From positions 928,001 to 992,000 of the forward strand of contig OZ244922.1 in assembly GCA_965221905.1 (NCBI GenBank): a stretch of DNA of 64,000 nucleotides, given 5' to 3'. Both the position numbers and the translations under genes were made by a program. Shown here piece after piece: positions 61,273-64,000 of this stretch. Each line of letters begins with the position of its first letter. The stretch's first letter is position 1. The notes beneath the pieces were generated by a model. The model did not search any database, was not told the DNA's origin, and was given only the letters and a program-made list of their open reading frames with translations. This DNA is from Chloroflexota bacterium (GTDB lineage: Bacteria; Chloroflexota; UBA11872; VXOZ01).

Positions 61273-62073
61273 ATGAAGATACACTTTGGGTGTTTCAGCC
61301 GACCTTGGACCAAATATGCCTTGGAAGTTTCCATGGAGGGCACGGCGCAGGCGGGTTTCAAGCACTTTGGATTTATGACAGCGGGGGATGGCGCGCCTTT
61401 GCCGCCCAACGCGTCCGAAGACCAGGTGGCAAACCTCGCCAGCTTGTTGGAAAAGTACAATTTGAAGAACCTGGAGAACTATACGAGCATTCCCTGGGGG
61501 GATGAAGCCGTCGCGCGCTCGGCGTTGCACAGCTACGTGGACAACAGCCATACACTCGGTGCGCGGTTCATGCACAATAGCGGCACGAATGACGAGGCGC
61601 TCTACGATCAGTTCTTGCACCTCATGGAAGAGGCCGCCGAGTATGCCAAGAACAAAGGCATCGTGGTGATGATGAAGCCCCACGGTGGCGTGACGGCAAC
61701 AGCGCGGGGTTTGGTGGCGCTGATGAAGCGCATTCAATCCGATAATTTGAAGGTCTTCTACGACCCGGGCAACGTGCTCTTCTATACCGGTGAGCGGCCG
61801 GAAGACGATTTTGAGGAACTCGCACCATACGTGGCAGGGATGTCCATCAAAGATGAGACCGGTGGCGTTAAGGGTTCGGTGGACGTGACGCCAGGCGATG
61901 GCGATGTTGATTTCAAGGCGCTCTTTACGATCCTGCGCGACCACGACTTCGACGGTCCCTGCATGATCGAGCAACTCGGCGAAGGAACCATTGAAGAAGT
62001 GCACCACGAGGCCACGCGCGCTCGTGACTATCTGCTCGGGCTGTTGGATGAACTTGGGGCAGACGTAGACTAG
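61273..62073 (+). CDS. Sugar phosphate isomerase/epimerase TIM-barrel protein
   Basis: KPHGG, YDPGN, IKD, PGDGDVDF and MIE motifs; GAGG RBS. Confidence 0.85.
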   Translation: MKIHFGCFSRPWTKYALEVSMEGTAQAGFKHFGFMTAGDGAPLPPNASEDQVANLASLLEKYNLKNLENYTSIPWGDEAVARSALHSYVDNSHTLGARFMHNSGTNDEALYDQFLHLMEEAAEYAKNKGIVVMMKPHGGVTATARGLVALMKRIQSDNLKVFYDPGNVLFYTGERPEDDFEELAPYVAGMSIKDETGGVKGSVDVTPGDGDVDFKALFTILRDHDFDGPCMIEQLGEGTIEEVHHEATRARDYLLGLLDELGADVD

Positions 62074-62146
62074 CGATGACTGAAGATCCAGTTGAGAGTC
62101 GGCACGAATGCAGTAGCAACGTGCCGTGAAGGGAGTTTGGGGACGC

Positions 62147-62875
62147 GTGGGAAAACTAAATGACATGGTAGCGATTGTTGGCGGCGCGAGCACCGGCATG
62201 GGCGCGGCGACGGCGCGGCTCTTTGCCCGGGAGGGAGCGGCGGTGGTCGTAGCGGCGCGCAGCGCCGATAAGCTGGCGTCGCTTGTAGAGGACATCACCG
62301 AGAGTGGCGGCACTGCGCTGGCAGTGCCAACAGACGCGAACGACCGTGCTGCCGTGGCCGCCATGGCTGAGCGGACGCGTGAGCAGTTTGGCAAGATTGA
62401 CGTGCTGGTCAACAGCGTGGGCACCAATATCAAGAACCGCGCGTTTGCTGAAATGCGGCCCGCGGACTGGGATATGATGATCGCGCATAATCTTACGGTT
62501 GCGTACAACCTCGTGGATGCGGTTTTGCCAACTATGCGCGAGCAGGGCGCCGGCACGATCATTCACTATTCCTCAGACGCGGTGCAGAAGCCCAACGTGG
62601 TTTCAGGCATTGCTTACCAGGCGACAAAGCACGGCGTACGCGGACTGGCGCATGGCACCATGATGGAAGAACGCGAGCGTGGCATTCGCGTTTCGGTGGT
62701 ATTCCCCGGCCCGTGCGAAACCCCGCTAATGGAAAAGCGGCCGGAGCCGCCGCCGCCGGAAGCGTTCGCCAAGATGCTACAACCGGAAGACGTGGCGGAG
62801 GCGGCGCTCTTTATCGCCTCGCTCCCGCCGCGGGCCTTCGTGCCGGAGCTAGTGCTCGGAGCAAGCCAGATGTAG
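62147..62875 (+). CDS. SDR family oxidoreductase
   Basis: GGASTGMG, IDVLVN, YQATK (YxxxK) and PG motifs. Confidence 0.92.
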   Translation: MGKLNDMVAIVGGASTGMGAATARLFAREGAAVVVAARSADKLASLVEDITESGGTALAVPTDANDRAAVAAMAERTREQFGKIDVLVNSVGTNIKNRAFAEMRPADWDMMIAHNLTVAYNLVDAVLPTMREQGAGTIIHYSSDAVQKPNVVSGIAYQATKHGVRGLAHGTMMEERERGIRVSVVFPGPCETPLMEKRPEPPPPEAFAKMLQPEDVAEAALFIASLPPRAFVPELVLGASQM

Positions 62876-63027
62876 TGGCTGCGGTGTATGCCTGCTGCCA
62901 AAATCAGTTGCTTGAGCGGCTTATCAATTCCTCGTCTCCGCGAGAGATTTAGGGTGAGCGCCTCCGGTCGTCGATGAAACGCCGCGCGGCAGTGAATAGT
63001 CCCGCATCTCTCCACATCGAGCCTCCA

Positions 63028-64000
63028 ATGACTGCACGTGATGCACCAGCCGCCCTCGTCGCCATTGTCGGGGCGACGGCTGTGGGCAAGACCGGGCTTG
63101 CTAAGGCTCTGGCCGCGGAATTTGACGCCGAAATCATCAGCGCCGACTCGCGACAGGTCTATTGCGGTCTAGACATCGGTACGGCAAAGCCCACTAAGAC
63201 GGAGCGTCTGCAGGTGCCCCATCACGGTATAGACGTGGCGCCTGCGGACAACACCGCTTTCTCTTTGGCAGTATGGCGCGAGCATGTGGACAGTGCGCTG
63301 CTGGATATCGCTGCACGACAGAAACGGCCATGGCTCGTGGGAGGGACCGGACTATATATTCAGTCAATAGTGGACGGTCTTGAACTCCCTGCCGTGCCGC
63401 CTCAGCCCAAGCTGCGCGCCGAGCTCGAACACACATTGGAGCAGGAAGGAATTGATGCTCTGGGCGCGCGCCTGCATAGTCTCGATCCGGTGGCTGCCGC
63501 GCGGATTGATCGGCGCAATCCCCGGCGGCTGATTCGCGCTTTAGAGGTTTGCATTGTATCCGGCAAACCGTTCTCTGCCCAGCGAACCCGGCGTCCGCCG
63601 CCGTATCCTGTCTTGCAGATCGGTCTGCGCACCGACCGCGACAGGCTCTATCAGCGCATTGACTTCCGTGTAGACCGCATGATCGCAGATGGCTTTGTGG
63701 ATGAGGTTGAGAGACTGCTTGCTGCAGGCATCACAAGCGACCTACCGAGCATGCAGAGTGCAGGGTACCGGCAGCTTGCCGACTACCTGCACGGCGAGTG
63801 TTCACTGACGGAGGCTATACAACAGACCAAGTACGCGACTCACCAACTCGCCAAGCGCCAGGAGACTTGGTTCCGCAAGCAAAAGGGCATAGAATGGATA
63901 GAGATCGGCACAGACGCCGTGGCGTCCGCGCGGGAACGGATCGAAGGCTTCTATGGAGCATGCGAGCGGCGGCGCAGGTGCCAGGCGAGCGAAGGAGCAA
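63028..64000 (+). CDS. miaA: tRNA dimethylallyltransferase (runs off the window edge; absent from the ORF track)
   Basis: Manual translation of frame 1: GATAVGKT, SADSRQVY, DIGTAKP, VGGTGLY, NPRRLIRALEV and AKRQETWFR. Confidence 0.96.
   Translation, partial: MTARDAPAALVAIVGATAVGKTGLAKALAAEFDAEIISADSRQVYCGLDIGTAKPTKTERLQVPHHGIDVAPADNTAFSLAVWREHVDSALLDIAARQKRPWLVGGTGLYIQSIVDGLELPAVPPQPKLRAELEHTLEQEGIDALGARLHSLDPVAAARIDRRNPRRLIRALEVCIVSGKPFSAQRTRRPPPYPVLQIGLRTDRDRLYQRIDFRVDRMIADGFVDEVERLLAAGITSDLPSMQSAGYRQLADYLHGECSLTEAIQQTKYATHQLAKRQETWFRKQKGIEWIEIGTDAVASARERIEGFYGACERRRRCQASEGA

Noticed and set aside
61035-62562. Long ORF 61228..62562 (-) and the 5' extension of 60180..61460 (-)
   Set aside because: These are antisense shadows of the TIM-barrel and SDR genes; RluB starts at 61034. 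Most other overlapping ORFs in the track are similar GC-rich shadows.

Overview
A GC-rich (about 60% by eye) bacterial chromosomal window. Chloroflexota is my inference, from the MqnP-type UbiA, the Tat-lipoprotein sugar-binding proteins and the style of Cmk and GroEL. It holds housekeeping genes (groEL, ctaA, copA, lipA/lipB, argB, lysC, cmk, rluB, miaA), many catabolic genes (sulfatase, UxaA, Gfo/Idh/MocA, amidohydrolases, CocE/NonD, DegT, TIM-barrel proteins), and small defence or toxin-antitoxin inserts (Dsr1-like tail, MNT-HEPN, HsdR-N nuclease, DUF2442). The best candidate for an undescribed system is a minus-strand cassette at 50.5-53.7 kb: mauE-like, then mauD-like, then a 106-aa Tat precursor with a MauA-like leader and an unrelated 60-aa, 8-Cys core, then a divergent solute-binding lipoprotein. 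Three more paralogs of that lipoprotein sit as an orphan tandem array at 15.6-20.1 kb. No mauB or mauG is present, and the mauE-like gene carries an in-frame TAA. The window is also rich in small palindromic repeats of at least three families, and one family has inserted in-frame into two protein-coding genes. No rRNA, tRNA, CRISPR array or transposase was recognised. All family calls come from motif recognition, not database searches.
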